In this document: positions 10,080 through 19,870 of the stretch, in pieces
How the letters are laid out: each line of letters opens with the position of its first letter
Position numbering within the stretch: position 1 is the first letter of the stretch
Virus record (IMG/VR): IMGVR_UViG_3300013121_000020
Span: 290,092-354,091 of that record
Length of the DNA: 64,000 nt
From: a virus
Lineage: Duplodnaviria > Caudoviricetes
Reading direction: 5' to 3' (one strand)
Position numbers and translations under genes: made by a program
Notes under the pieces: generated by a model
Told to the model about the DNA's origin: nothing
Database searches by the model: none
What the model saw: only the letters and a program-made list of their open reading frames with translations

Positions 10080-11017
10080 AAAAGCGACAAAACCTTATGA
10101 AGATCCGAGTCGGTGAAAAATGTTTTATTTTCTGATCTAATTGGTGCACTGGATGCTGCCATACTATTGACTATTTCTATCCATTCTATATCTTTTTTGC
10201 ACCAATTAGTTCCACATGCATTATTTAAGCCACTAGATAATCCAATATATCGTTGGCAGTGGTTAAAAATTTCTGCACATTCTCTTATTGATAAGTCGGC
10301 AAAGAAAAATGAATTTGGATATTTTGATTTAATACTGTCAAAATCTGGTCCATTATGTTTTCTGCTGGCGATTACAATTTCATTTTTAGCACATAAATGT
10401 AGCATTAAATTACTCATAAATTCTGGCGTTGCGTGTGATTGGCCAGATTCTGGGCCATTTTCAACAAGATTCTTTTTACGTTCATTATTTGGTATCTGGG
10501 AGAGAAACCTGTTAGCTTTTTCTATTTCTTGGTCTGTAAGCTTGAGAATTGTTTCTAATGGTAATTCATAATCAATATTTTCATCTTCTAGCGCTCTCAC
10601 CCACGCACAAATCAAATTGGTTCCGAGATCATTTTTAGTTGACGCCCATTTATCTGGATTGATCATTGGGTGTGGACAAAATATTTTAAAATATCCACGA
10701 TTGTCAAGCATTGGCCTGATTGTTATTAATTGGTGTAATGCTTCTTGTTTTGAATTTGATGGAGTTTCATGCAAATAAGAAATATATGGATTATTATGAA
10801 ATGCTGATCCATAAGTTGTTGATGTATAAACGTCAATAATACAATCAGGCCACTTTGTTTTGAGTGGTTTAAACATAAGAGTGCTGTTAATATTGTCGCC
10901 CCATGATCCTGGTTGCAATAGTGCTATTCTACGCGCTCCATCTGTATACAATGGAATCTGCTGCATAACAACTCTCTTTTGGTTTCGATTGCCGATACGT
11001 CGTTGAATGTTAACCAA
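10076..11017 (-). CDS. Glycosyltransferase (GT9/heptosyltransferase-like)
   Basis: GSWGDNINST..K.LK.KWPD...NNPYI and YIGLSSGL motifs. Confidence 0.7.
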   Translation of the reverse strand: MVNIQRRIGNRNQKRVVMQQIPLYTDGARRIALLQPGSWGDNINSTLMFKPLKTKWPDCIIDVYTSTTYGSAFHNNPYISYLHETPSNSKQEALHQLITIRPMLDNRGYFKIFCPHPMINPDKWASTKNDLGTNLICAWVRALEDENIDYELPLETILKLTDQEIEKANRFLSQIPNNERKKNLVENGPESGQSHATPEFMSNLMLHLCAKNEIVIASRKHNGPDFDSIKSKYPNSFFFADLSIRECAEIFNHCQRYIGLSSGLNNACGTNWCKKDIEWIEIVNSMAASSAPIRSENKTFFTDSDLHKVLSLL

Positions 11018-11729
11018 TGTGACCTTCTCTATAACGACTTATTTTACGATGATATAAATCCCATTCTGGTTCGTTAACGGCTCGGTGCCACAAATTGTCA
11101 CCGCTTCTCCAAAGATAACACGCTAAAAAGTTATTTAGCCATCTGAATTGACAACGACCAATGTAAAAACATCTGGCCCACCAATCGGCGTCTCCCAATG
11201 CATTAAAACGTTCATCAAAAAATCCATGTTTAGAATGAAGAGAACGTCGCCACATTGGGAAATGACCAACTCCAGCTATATCTAAATTGCCAGCATAAGC
11301 GCCAGGCAATCCATCTGCTGATGCTAGACCACTCGACACAACTTGGTCCCATTTTAAATTTGGAGTTCCAGTTGTATACCAACTTGGATATGTAAAATCT
11401 ACATCCAATTTAGAATCTAATATGTTTATAAGTTTTTCGTAGCCATTTGGAGCAATCAGATCGTCTGCGTTCGCATTTGTAATATAGTGGCTATTACTAT
11501 TCTTGATAATATAATTCCAAGCAGCATAAACACCAATTCTATCAGCTAATTTTATATATTGTACTGGGAATTTTTGTGGTATGTCATGATCACGAATGTC
11601 TGGACTGTTTGCGTTCACGACCCAAATTTCTTGGTCGTTGGCGGTTATGGTCTTGCATAAATTATCTAGACGATTTTCTATCCAATCACCACCAGCATAT
11701 AAACTAACCATTACTGTTAATTTTTTCAT
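11010..11729 (-). CDS. Glycosyltransferase family 2
   Basis: GVYAAWN, NADD and FDERF..GDADWW motifs. Confidence 0.85.
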   Translation of the reverse strand: MKKLTVMVSLYAGGDWIENRLDNLCKTITANDQEIWVVNANSPDIRDHDIPQKFPVQYIKLADRIGVYAAWNYIIKNSNSHYITNANADDLIAPNGYEKLINILDSKLDVDFTYPSWYTTGTPNLKWDQVVSSGLASADGLPGAYAGNLDIAGVGHFPMWRRSLHSKHGFFDERFNALGDADWWARCFYIGRCQFRWLNNFLACYLWRSGDNLWHRAVNEPEWDLYHRKISRYREGHIG

Positions 11730-11731
11730 TT

Positions 11732-12133
11732 TTAATATTGATTATATGATTTTTCTTCAATTATGGTTGATCCAAGTAAATTGTTTATTTGTCGTTTGAT
11801 GCTTGCACGTCTGTCGTTGAATTGATAAACATTGCGTGCTAGTTGTACAAAACTGTTTCCAAAATCCTTTCGCCGTTCATGGTCGCGAATATTATCTTCT
11901 ACTTCCCATATTAATCCATTGATATCTCTTAATTTTACCATAAGTTCAACTAATTCTGTGTTAACATCATTCGACAATGATTTAATTAAATCTTTTAGTG
12001 TTTTTTCTAAAATATCAAATTCAATTTTAACATTTGTTAATTTATTAACATCTGCTATTTTGTTTATTTTAATATCTAGAATAGTTAATTTGTCAATTAG
12101 TTCACCAACAGAAATTGATGTAGTTATAATCAC
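11732..12133 (-). CDS. DUF6165-like protein
   Basis: SVGELIDKLTILDIK...IWEVEDNIR...ARNVY..ND.RA.IK..IN...EEKSY pattern. Confidence 0.8.
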   Translation of the reverse strand: MIITTSISVGELIDKLTILDIKINKIADVNKLTNVKIEFDILEKTLKDLIKSLSNDVNTELVELMVKLRDINGLIWEVEDNIRDHERRKDFGNSFVQLARNVYQFNDRRASIKRQINNLLGSTIIEEKSYNQY

Positions 12134-13089
12134 TGGTGATTTCTCTCATACCAATCGATAGTTGATGCGATGCCGTCCTCTAATTTTGTTTGTGCGGAAA
12201 ATCCGAGGTGTTGTTTTGCGCGTCTAATATCAAGACATCGTCTTGGTTGTCCATCTGGATATGATGTATCCCATTGTATAGTTCCATTGAATTTTGTTAA
12301 TTTAACAATAAGTTCTGTTAATTCTTTAATAGATATTTCTGTGCCTGTTCCTATATTTATTGGTTCATGACTATTATAGTTTTCAGCTGCTAAAACAATT
12401 GCTTCGGCGGCGTCACTGACATATAAAAATTCTCTTGTAGCGTTCCCTGTACCCCAACATGTAATTGAACTATCACCATTTCTGCGTGCGTCCACACATT
12501 TTTTAATTATTGCTGGAATAACATGCGATGATTCAGCATTGAAATTATCGCCTGGACCATATAAGTTAACTGGTAGAAGATAGATAGCATTAAATCCAAA
12601 TTCTTGTCGATAGGCTTGTGCTTGAACCAACATTGCTTTTTTAGCTATGCCATATGGAGCGTTCGTTTCTTCTGGATATCCATTCCATAAATCATCTTCA
12701 CAAAATGGGACTGTTGTGTGTTTTGGATATGCACATATTGTACCTATTGCAACAAATTTGTCTATTTTATTTAATAAAGCATATTCCATCATTAATGACC
12801 CCATCATGAGGTTTTTATAATAAAATGTTCCTGGTTTCTTTCTATTTATTCCTATTCCGCCAACGACGGCAGCTAAATGAATTACAAGATTTGGTTTTGA
12901 ATAATTATAAAAATCATGTACTCCACGCTCAGTTGTTAAATCAAAATCAGCGGAACGACAGATTGCAAATGTGCCAGGAAGTGGTTGTGTGGTGCTTACA
13001 AGCCCGCGTTCGATAAGTTTTTCGCAGACATGTTTACCCAAAAATCCGTTTCCGCCAGTTACGGCGACAGTCTTTGTTTTTAGGTCCAT
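12130..13089 (-). CDS. fcl: GDP-L-fucose synthase
   Basis: GGNGFLG, HLAAVVGGI, YGIAK, NLYGPGDNF, SHVIPA and DGQPRR motifs. Confidence 0.93.
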   Translation of the reverse strand: MDLKTKTVAVTGGNGFLGKHVCEKLIERGLVSTTQPLPGTFAICRSADFDLTTERGVHDFYNYSKPNLVIHLAAVVGGIGINRKKPGTFYYKNLMMGSLMMEYALLNKIDKFVAIGTICAYPKHTTVPFCEDDLWNGYPEETNAPYGIAKKAMLVQAQAYRQEFGFNAIYLLPVNLYGPGDNFNAESSHVIPAIIKKCVDARRNGDSSITCWGTGNATREFLYVSDAAEAIVLAAENYNSHEPINIGTGTEISIKELTELIVKLTKFNGTIQWDTSYPDGQPRRCLDIRRAKQHLGFSAQTKLEDGIASTIDWYERNHQ

Positions 13090-13142
13090 ACAACATCTCG
13101 CAAAGAGTTTGTGGAATATATACGTTGCGAGATGATGCCGAA

Positions 13143-13433
13143 TTAATATTGATCGAGGAGTTTTTGTAAGTTGTCGCGTTCTTTTTTAGTAGCTTCTAAA
13201 TCAAATTCCATCAATTTTAATTGAAGTGCAGTGTCATCAACGTTATCGGCAATAATTTTACTAAATTTAATGTCGCGTGCTACAAATGCATCTATAAGTT
13301 TTGATAGCTGACGCATGAATAGCACGCAAACATTTGGCGGTAATTGTTCCACCATTCTCGATAGAACATCTAGTTCATATCGAATCTGTTCTACTTCTTG
13401 GTCGGTGGTTGCGGCGATTGGAGTCTTTCCCAT
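13143..13433 (-). CDS. Hypothetical coiled-coil protein
   Basis: 96-aa ORF with a LKLMEFDLEATKKERD tail. Confidence 0.6.
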   Translation of the reverse strand: MGKTPIAATTDQEVEQIRYELDVLSRMVEQLPPNVCVLFMRQLSKLIDAFVARDIKFSKIIADNVDDTALQLKLMEFDLEATKKERDNLQKLLDQY

Positions 13434-13573
13434 GTTTCTTGTCTATGAACTGGAATATCCTTTGGTGCGTCAATTCCTATACGCACTTTATTTCCAATTA
13501 TATCAATAATGGTTATTTTAATATTGTCGGCAATGATTATTGATTCATGTGGTCTGCGTGACAGAACTAGCAT
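13391..13573 (-). CDS. csrA: Carbon storage regulator CsrA/RsmA
   Basis: MLVLSRR.ESI.I...KVRIGIDAP..VHRQE is the canonical CsrA pattern. Confidence 0.92.
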   Translation of the reverse strand: MLVLSRRPHESIIIADNIKITIIDIIGNKVRIGIDAPKDIPVHRQETWERLQSPQPPTKK

Positions 13574-13615
13574 TAGCGTCCTTTCAGGTCATTAGTCTTT
13601 TATGCAGAGGACTAA

Positions 13616-13644
13616 ACCACCACCAACATGGTGTTGGTGGTGGT
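13616..13644 (-). terminator. Strong hairpin between the 294-aa gene and csrA
   Basis: Perfect inverted repeat ACCACCACCAAC / GTTGGTGGTGGT with a short U-run on the minus strand. Confidence 0.5.
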
Positions 13645-13657
13645 GTTAGAATCAGGC

Positions 13658-14542
13658 TCAGACTTTTTCGTAACCATCCTTGGTCAGCTTCTGCCGAGTC
13701 TTTTCCAGATCCTCCACGGAGAACCATGGGGTCTCCTTCTTCGCACCCTTCACTGGTTCACCAGCGACAAATGCATCAACCGGCAATTGGCTTGCCTTCT
13801 TGCCAAGTGCGCCGTCGTAAGTGTTGAAGCATAACTTACGCGGGTTTGGAACAAATAGCAACACGTGAGCTTGGACGTTAATTCGTTCATGGTCGAACTT
13901 AACGTTCTTTTTCGTCCACAGTTCACAATTTTCGATCTTTGCAAGTGCCGCCAGATCGACAAGAACCGGTTCCTTTGGTTCCTTTGGTTGCCGTGGTTCC
14001 TTCGGCGGCTTCGGCTTAGGTTCTTTTGCAACCTTTGGTGCCTTTTCAGCCTTTGGTGCCTTTTCAGCCTTTACCTTTTCTTTCGTTTCTGCCATTTGTT
14101 TAACTCCTGTTAGCCAGTGAAGTTGAAAAAGTTTGGAGCATGACACACAATCAATACTTTCGCCACTAGCATCGATAGTATTGGTTAGACCGCACTCAGG
14201 GCACAATGCCCAGAGCCGGTCTCCAGACTCCATGACCACTGCTTTCCCTTCTACGCTGAAGGGAAGTACACGACGATGGTGCACTCGCACCATCTTTACT
14301 CCATTGATTTCGCGAAGAGCGACAAATCCTTTTCGATCGCTTCGCTCTTGCTCAACCACATAGACTGCTTTCGATACAGTGCCATCCAATTCAAGAATAC
14401 GTACTTGCGTATCTTTCTCGAATCGCACTCTACCACCCGTATTCGGATCATAGACATCCATATCACCACCACCCACATCAAGAGTTGAATGATTTAAGTT
14501 TAATAGGTCTTGGTCTGTCATCATCATCTCAATGTGGCACAT
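13658..14542 (-). CDS. Hypothetical protein: Zn ribbon plus Lys/Pro/Glu-rich linker
   Basis: CPECG...CVSC, then a KAEKAPKAEKAPK...KEPKEP low-complexity linker. Confidence 0.7.
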   Translation of the reverse strand: MCHIEMMMTDQDLLNLNHSTLDVGGGDMDVYDPNTGGRVRFEKDTQVRILELDGTVSKAVYVVEQERSDRKGFVALREINGVKMVRVHHRRVLPFSVEGKAVVMESGDRLWALCPECGLTNTIDASGESIDCVSCSKLFQLHWLTGVKQMAETKEKVKAEKAPKAEKAPKVAKEPKPKPPKEPRQPKEPKEPVLVDLAALAKIENCELWTKKNVKFDHERINVQAHVLLFVPNPRKLCFNTYDGALGKKASQLPVDAFVAGEPVKGAKKETPWFSVEDLEKTRQKLTKDGYEKV

Positions 14543-14825
14543 AATAGATTAGTCGTTAACCTACAAATTAAATACACCAGCGTGTTGCTGGCGCAATAGT
14601 GATTATTGTTGATCGCAATCAGCTTCTGTAAGAGAAACATCGTTGATGCTATCAGCAACGATCTTCAAAATAGTGCGACATGCCTCGGATGAGTCGGGAT
14701 TTCCACACGCAGCGGTTATATGATTCATCGCTTTTAACAATTTCCAATTTATCCTCATAACACGATTTTTCTCGTTAATAATTGCCGTAATATCATCTGA
14801 AACTTTCTTCATTAATAATTTTCCA

Positions 14826-15194
14826 TCAGTTGTGATTATCAGAAACTTTAGTAAAAATAATATTGACACCACGTTGCTTACCAATAAATCCGTTCTTTTT
14901 GAAAAACAATTGTGCTATAAGATTGTGTTCGCTCACACGCACTTTCGTCATAGGTTTTTGAATATGCTTAAGCAAAACTGTGCCATATCCTTTACGGCGT
15001 TCGTTTTCAGAAACACACAATTCCCAAATTAGAGCGTAGTCTTGTTTGAGTGCGTATGCCATGAAACCAACGATTTTCGCATTGACTTCATGTACAATAG
15101 AAATTACGTTTGGGTGTGCCATCATCAATTCTTGGTCGCTTCCGACCAAGACGTTAATTTGGCTTAAATCACGCCTGATTGCCCATCGTGTCAT
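14826..15194 (-). CDS. GNAT acetyltransferase (RimI-like)
   Basis: V...RRKGYGT.LL and VSEHNLIAQLFFKKNGF motifs. Confidence 0.8.
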   Translation of the reverse strand: MTRWAIRRDLSQINVLVGSDQELMMAHPNVISIVHEVNAKIVGFMAYALKQDYALIWELCVSENERRKGYGTVLLKHIQKPMTKVRVSEHNLIAQLFFKKNGFIGKQRGVNIIFTKVSDNHN

Positions 15195-15208
15195 TTGATT
15201 ACTCTTTA

Positions 15209-15472
15209 TCAGCTATTTGGTGGCAATCTGAGACCAGTTTTAAGTATTGGATCGAATCTATTTGGTGTTACAACTTGGGCGACTTTTAGAGATGTGAGTG
15301 TGCTTTGTAATTTTTCTGCACATGCTTCTAATTGTTCTTGAATCATCGCCATTTCAGAATTGCTTAGCTGGCCTAAGCTTAAAAGATCGATTACGATACA
15401 AGTACGGCGTAAACCATCAACTTTATCAACAACTTGATATGTTGGTGGATATCCTGGATATGGTAGACTCAT
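15209..15472 (-). CDS. Hypothetical protein
   Basis: 87-aa ORF with an ATGA overlap. Confidence 0.55.
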   Translation of the reverse strand: MSLPYPGYPPTYQVVDKVDGLRRTCIVIDLLSLGQLSNSEMAMIQEQLEACAEKLQSTLTSLKVAQVVTPNRFDPILKTGLRLPPNS

Positions 15473-15876
15473 TTTTTACCATTTTCAGAGTTATCGTCGG
15501 CCAAGCCGACAATTGTTTTAATATGTGTTTTTATGATATCACCACCACGCCTTGAACATAACTCTCGTATCAATTTTAAATACGTTGAGTATTCAACATA
15601 ACCATTTATGTACATCCATATAATATCGTTGTTGTTCTTTTTAGACTTGCACGAACGACAACAAAGTACTGTGTTTGCTGGAACATTTGGACAGCCATCT
15701 TTTAATGGAAATGGACAATCTATTGTTTCTGCTTCTTTTTCACAATACGCACAATAGTTAGCTAATTGTAATATGTCTTGTATGTCTGAAACATTAAGAT
15801 CGCTATAAGTATTGTTTTTCTTAGCTCTATGGCGGGTTTGACGAACCCAATTACTGATAGTTTTATTGTTTATCAT
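15469..15876 (-). CDS. HNH-like protein (possibly degenerate)
   Basis: CAYC...TID...P...N.VLCCRSC. The canonical His/Asn residues are not all present. Confidence 0.6.
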   Translation of the reverse strand: MINNKTISNWVRQTRHRAKKNNTYSDLNVSDIQDILQLANYCAYCEKEAETIDCPFPLKDGCPNVPANTVLCCRSCKSKKNNNDIIWMYINGYVEYSTYLKLIRELCSRRGGDIIKTHIKTIVGLADDNSENGKK

Positions 15877-15947
15877 GTGTTTACATATTTATAGTTTTAA
15901 ATGTTCAGTTTAATTTTATTTTAACAATGTTAATTGATAAATAATCT

Positions 15948-17387
15948 ATGCGGACATATAAAAATTGTGGACAAGGTTCGTTTTCAGACGATATTAAAAG
16001 AAAATTTGGAACAATTTATACACCTGATTTTGTAGTAGAACAGACGATTGGTCTCGCTTTTAAACATTACAAAGGTGACCTGCTCAATTCAACATTTTGC
16101 GACCCAGCAAGTGGCGATGGCAATTTCTTAATTCACGTTTATAAACGATTGATGAATGATTCTAGATCACCAGAACGTTCATTTCATATTTTAACAAAAT
16201 GCATATGGGGTTTTGAAATTATCGATTTGATGGTAAAAGCGGCTAAAATTCGAATGTTACTGCACCATTTAGAAACAACCGGCGACAAATCGATGATGGC
16301 TGAATTGTTTAATAAATTAAATATTTATCATGGAAATACTATTTTATTACCAGAAGACAATTTTGAAAAGTGCAAATTTGAAGGTGGATTGTTGCCAGAC
16401 GAAATAAGAAACAAAAAGTTTAATGTGATCGTTGGGAACCCGCCATATACTCATTTACGTAATTTAGATAACCGAAAATATGCAGCTTATCCAAAACAAC
16501 GTGACATGGCGCAAGTTTTTGTGTGTTGGGCACTAGATCATGTAACTGATGACGGAGTGTTTAGTTATAATATCAGTGATGCTTGGTTGAACACTAAAAC
16601 GTCCGATGGTGCTATAGAAACAAGGAAACGATTACGCCATTGTGGATTAGAAATTATACAAAACACAGCAATTGCTAATTATTCTACTGATGATGGTGGA
16701 GATTTACCAACATTAATTATTGCAAGCACTGGTAATAGTAATATCGTCTACAATGAAAAAATCATAAATGATGATGATCTTTTGTCTCCTGGGTTTTTAA
16801 ATAAACAACGCACCAATCAAGCAACAAAATATTTTAAAACTTGTAGTGTTATTTCTTTTGCACCCAAATTATCAAGTTTTCGCTTACAAAAGAGACATGG
16901 TTCAAATACTAAACATTGGAAAAGTTTTATTGGAATTGATACTGGTGTTGGTGAATATTTTTTATCAATACGCAGATGCATATCTGTTAAAAAAGGACCA
17001 CACGAGGCGAAATACTATCAAGGCAATTGGAAATTGGTACGCACTGATAATATCAGTGAATGGTGTGAAATTAACGGTGAAAGTGAAATTAAAGCATCTA
17101 TGGTTTCAAAAGAACATGGATTATTTCTTTTAGGATACCTTAATTCACAAATCGCATATCAAACAATAGATTCGTGGACGAAAGCAAAACGTGCGTCGAC
17201 ATGGCCAGCGTTTACGATAGCAGCAAATCTTTGGCCACTATTGCAAGTTCCAGATTATAATTGGTATGTTGCGAACAAACCAGAGCAAACTAGTGAGTTT
17301 ATTAAATGGGTAGAAGTTAACATGGTTAACAAAGATGTGTTTATAACTGAGATTGATAAAGAACTAGAAAAACTATATGGATATTAA
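15948..17387 (+). CDS. N6-adenine DNA methyltransferase (gamma class, TaqI/Eco57I-like)
   Basis: GTIYTP and DPASGDGNF lie before VIVGNPPY. Confidence 0.88.
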   Translation: MRTYKNCGQGSFSDDIKRKFGTIYTPDFVVEQTIGLAFKHYKGDLLNSTFCDPASGDGNFLIHVYKRLMNDSRSPERSFHILTKCIWGFEIIDLMVKAAKIRMLLHHLETTGDKSMMAELFNKLNIYHGNTILLPEDNFEKCKFEGGLLPDEIRNKKFNVIVGNPPYTHLRNLDNRKYAAYPKQRDMAQVFVCWALDHVTDDGVFSYNISDAWLNTKTSDGAIETRKRLRHCGLEIIQNTAIANYSTDDGGDLPTLIIASTGNSNIVYNEKIINDDDLLSPGFLNKQRTNQATKYFKTCSVISFAPKLSSFRLQKRHGSNTKHWKSFIGIDTGVGEYFLSIRRCISVKKGPHEAKYYQGNWKLVRTDNISEWCEINGESEIKASMVSKEHGLFLLGYLNSQIAYQTIDSWTKAKRASTWPAFTIAANLWPLLQVPDYNWYVANKPEQTSEFIKWVEVNMVNKDVFITEIDKELEKLYGY

Positions 17388-17646
17388 ATATTTTATTTAT
17401 AATCGTGATCAATTGCGTAGTAAACTCCAAACAATGTCAAAAACAAAGCATGTGTCATATCTTTTAGCATTGTTAGATATTTCAACTGTTGAATTAATAG
17501 ATGCAATGGTTAATACATATTTAGAGAAGCATGTCGGCTTTGCCCCATTTGAAACAATTATTAGAGTTCCGGAAGCGTTTATTAAATTTGATACACATGA
17601 TGAGTTCTGGCAAACAATGACTGATATTAGTAAGACTTGCTGTTGA
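17377..17646 (+). CDS. Hypothetical protein
   Basis: 89-aa ORF overlapping the MTase stop codon. Confidence 0.5.
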   Translation: MDIKYFIYNRDQLRSKLQTMSKTKHVSYLLALLDISTVELIDAMVNTYLEKHVGFAPFETIIRVPEAFIKFDTHDEFWQTMTDISKTCC

Positions 17647-17770
17647 TATTAAATCATTTAGAAAACGCCATGTCGATGCGGTTCCTTTATGTTCCTTTGA
17701 CATGTGTCAGTAAGCGGCGGCTTTCACTATCTGCTAGCAAGTAACGGCCGTCGGACGTTAACGGAACGCG

Positions 17771-18097
17771 GTGTTTGATATGATCGATACTATAATAGGT
17801 GCTGTTTCTGAGATGCTCATAGACCTTGATTATGATGTATTTTTCTGGGATGGGCTTGAATTGTGTGGTAATAAATATAATGTCATACAAGTCAATCCAT
17901 CTGGATTGTGGATAGTAGTCAGAGACGGAACCATGATTGAAGTTGGTGCGTCTGTCAATATAAAAGATATGACGGTTGATGGTGGAATATTATTAGATTT
18001 AGCTGACCCATCTTCAACAAAAGAGAAACTAAAACAAGTTATTGATTCGATTTGTCAATCGTCCGATGTTGGGGCAGGAAAGGAATTACCATTATGA
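17771..18097 (+). CDS. Hypothetical protein
   Basis: 108-aa ORF with a LDLADPSS motif. A similar DLAN/LCDP tail occurs in the ORFs at 35000 and 41265. Confidence 0.55.
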   Translation: MFDMIDTIIGAVSEMLIDLDYDVFFWDGLELCGNKYNVIQVNPSGLWIVVRDGTMIEVGASVNIKDMTVDGGILLDLADPSSTKEKLKQVIDSICQSSDVGAGKELPL

Positions 18098-18660
18098 GTA
18101 ATGAATTAAAACTCGGAACTACACCAAACGGCTATGAAGGACGCGATGCCGTTCACATCGCCATCTTACCCACGCAGGCCGCAGAGCAATTGACACCAGG
18201 AACACCAGTTCGGCTTAACGATCAGCACCAAGCTCAATTGTGCGAGTTTCGCGATGCTATCGGGATCGTTGATCCATTCTTAAAACACCGCATCGTTCCA
18301 AAAGGACAGTGGTTTTGGTTATGCCTATATCCAAATACTATCACCGGTCTTCGCCACGTTTGGCAACATCCAGCCGTCCCAGAACCTCTCTCACCTTCTG
18401 CAACAGGTGACCAGGTCGAATCTCAAAAGTGGCTCACTACCTACATCCAAACCTATTGCCCATACTGGAATGGAGAACCAGACTTAGGATACAGTCGATT
18501 TATTCAGCACGTCAAGGAACGAGAGATCTTTTACTGCGGCTTAAGTTGCCATCGACTTGAAGACGTGGAAGAAGCTGACCTGTTGTTTCATCACCTTAGT
18601 GTCGTCCTCAATCAACGTATTGACGCCTCATATTTTGAGGCATTTACCTGCACTTGTTAA
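18094..18660 (+). CDS. Hypothetical phage protein
   Basis: RDAVHIA...GIVDPFL...GQWFWLCLYPNTITGLRHVWQHP. The start is at MSNELK after an AGGA RBS. Confidence 0.75.
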   Translation: MSNELKLGTTPNGYEGRDAVHIAILPTQAAEQLTPGTPVRLNDQHQAQLCEFRDAIGIVDPFLKHRIVPKGQWFWLCLYPNTITGLRHVWQHPAVPEPLSPSATGDQVESQKWLTTYIQTYCPYWNGEPDLGYSRFIQHVKEREIFYCGLSCHRLEDVEEADLLFHHLSVVLNQRIDASYFEAFTCTC

Positions 18661-18767
18661 TTGCATAGAAAATCTTGAATTGAGAAGAGTTGCCGCCATG
18701 ACTGACAAATATAAGATGGCGGCAATTCGTGCGATATGAACTGCAGTGACGTATTTAAACAATAGAT

Positions 18768-18839
18768 GCACCCATGGGGTAATGGCAACCCACTGAGCTT
18801 CAAACTCACGAGATGCAGGTTCGAATCCTGTTGGGTGTA
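18768..18839 (+). tRNA. tRNA with UCA anticodon (opal/UGA suppressor-type, not tRNA-Sec)
   Basis: Cloverleaf: acceptor GCACCCA/TGGGTGT, D-stem GGGT/ACCC, anticodon loop CT-TCA-AA (18798-18804), 5-nt variable loop, T-arm GCAGG-TTCGAAT-CCTGT. It has a C-C mismatch at the top of the anticodon stem and no encoded CCA. Confidence 0.88.
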
Positions 18840-18879
18840 TTGGTTGTTTTGGCGTTCTGTATCACAAATGGAGGATTTT

Positions 18880-19707
18880 ATGATGTCAGGTTATGGGTGA
18901 ATGGATAGTGACACATTTTATGTCTATGTGATTGTTCGTCAAGATTTATCTCCATCTCAACAAGCTGTTCAAGCTTGTCATGCCTGTCTCGAATCTGGAA
19001 AGAATTTCCCTTGGGCAGGTAAACATCCACATCTAGTGTTGGTTAATGTACCTGATGAGCCGTCACTAGAACGATGGTTGCATGGTGTGCGTCAACATGA
19101 TGTTGGCACACGCACATCGCTTTTTAAAGTTGTTGAATTCCGCGAACCGGATTTAAACAATAGCTTGACAGCTATTGCGGTTGCGGGAGTGTGTGGCAAA
19201 ATGCTTCGTTCCTATTTTAGTGCTCTGCCGTTAGCTAAGTTCACATTTGGAGAAAAAACCAAAATGGCTATTACACAAGGTCGATGGGGTTTCTATCCGT
19301 GCAGCTATGAATTGTTTACTAAGCTTAAACGGCTTAATAAATTAGCATTGCTTGCATTACGCAAATTGGCAGAACATGAACGATGGTCGCGAAAGAAACC
19401 ACACAACCGATTAATTTATATTGGCTGTCTCGAAGTTAGGGAGCCAATTAAAAAACGAATGGTTCCGAAACTTTCTCGTCAATATAAACCATGGCTTGAA
19501 CCAATATTGGCTCCAATCGATGGTGAAATGATAAGAATTATTGATAATGACTATCGAAATGCACGCATTCCAGTAGCTGACGCATCGAAAGTGCGATCGC
19601 TGGTGTTGAATGAGCAGCGAATATGTTCGTTGCTTGCGGCGATGGAGAAATGGTATATAGATAATGGTTTACGTTTGAAAAATGAAACTGTGCAGATGGC
19701 ACATTAA
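18880..19707 (+). CDS. PTH2-like peptidyl-tRNA hydrolase domain protein with in-frame UGA at codon 7, fused to a second unknown domain
   Basis: GGAGG RBS at 18870, then ATG at 18880 giving MMSGYG-UGA-MDSD... The YVIVRQDLS..QQAVQACHA...FREPDL...TAIA sequence is the phage PTH2-like pattern. There is a second RBS and ATG at 19264 (MAITQGRWG). Confidence 0.7.
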
Positions 19708-19870
19708 AAATTGTTGTTGTGGAAGCAGACCTATTTTGCAGGTCTGCTTCCACAAATGGTGTAAACATGCAACCAACAGAAGAAGAAATTCCGCTAAACG
19801 ACGAGAATGTGGCACAACCAATCGACAACGACAAAAAGAAACAACCAGATTTTTACGAAACTAGTGATGA

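Noticed and set aside
15948-17646. Complete restriction-modification system
   Set aside because: No recognisable restriction endonuclease partner was found, and the adjacent HNH-like ORF appears degenerate.
18768-18839. tRNA-Sec
   Set aside because: It has a 5-nt variable loop and a 7-bp acceptor stem. It lacks the long variable arm and extended acceptor stem of tRNA-Sec.
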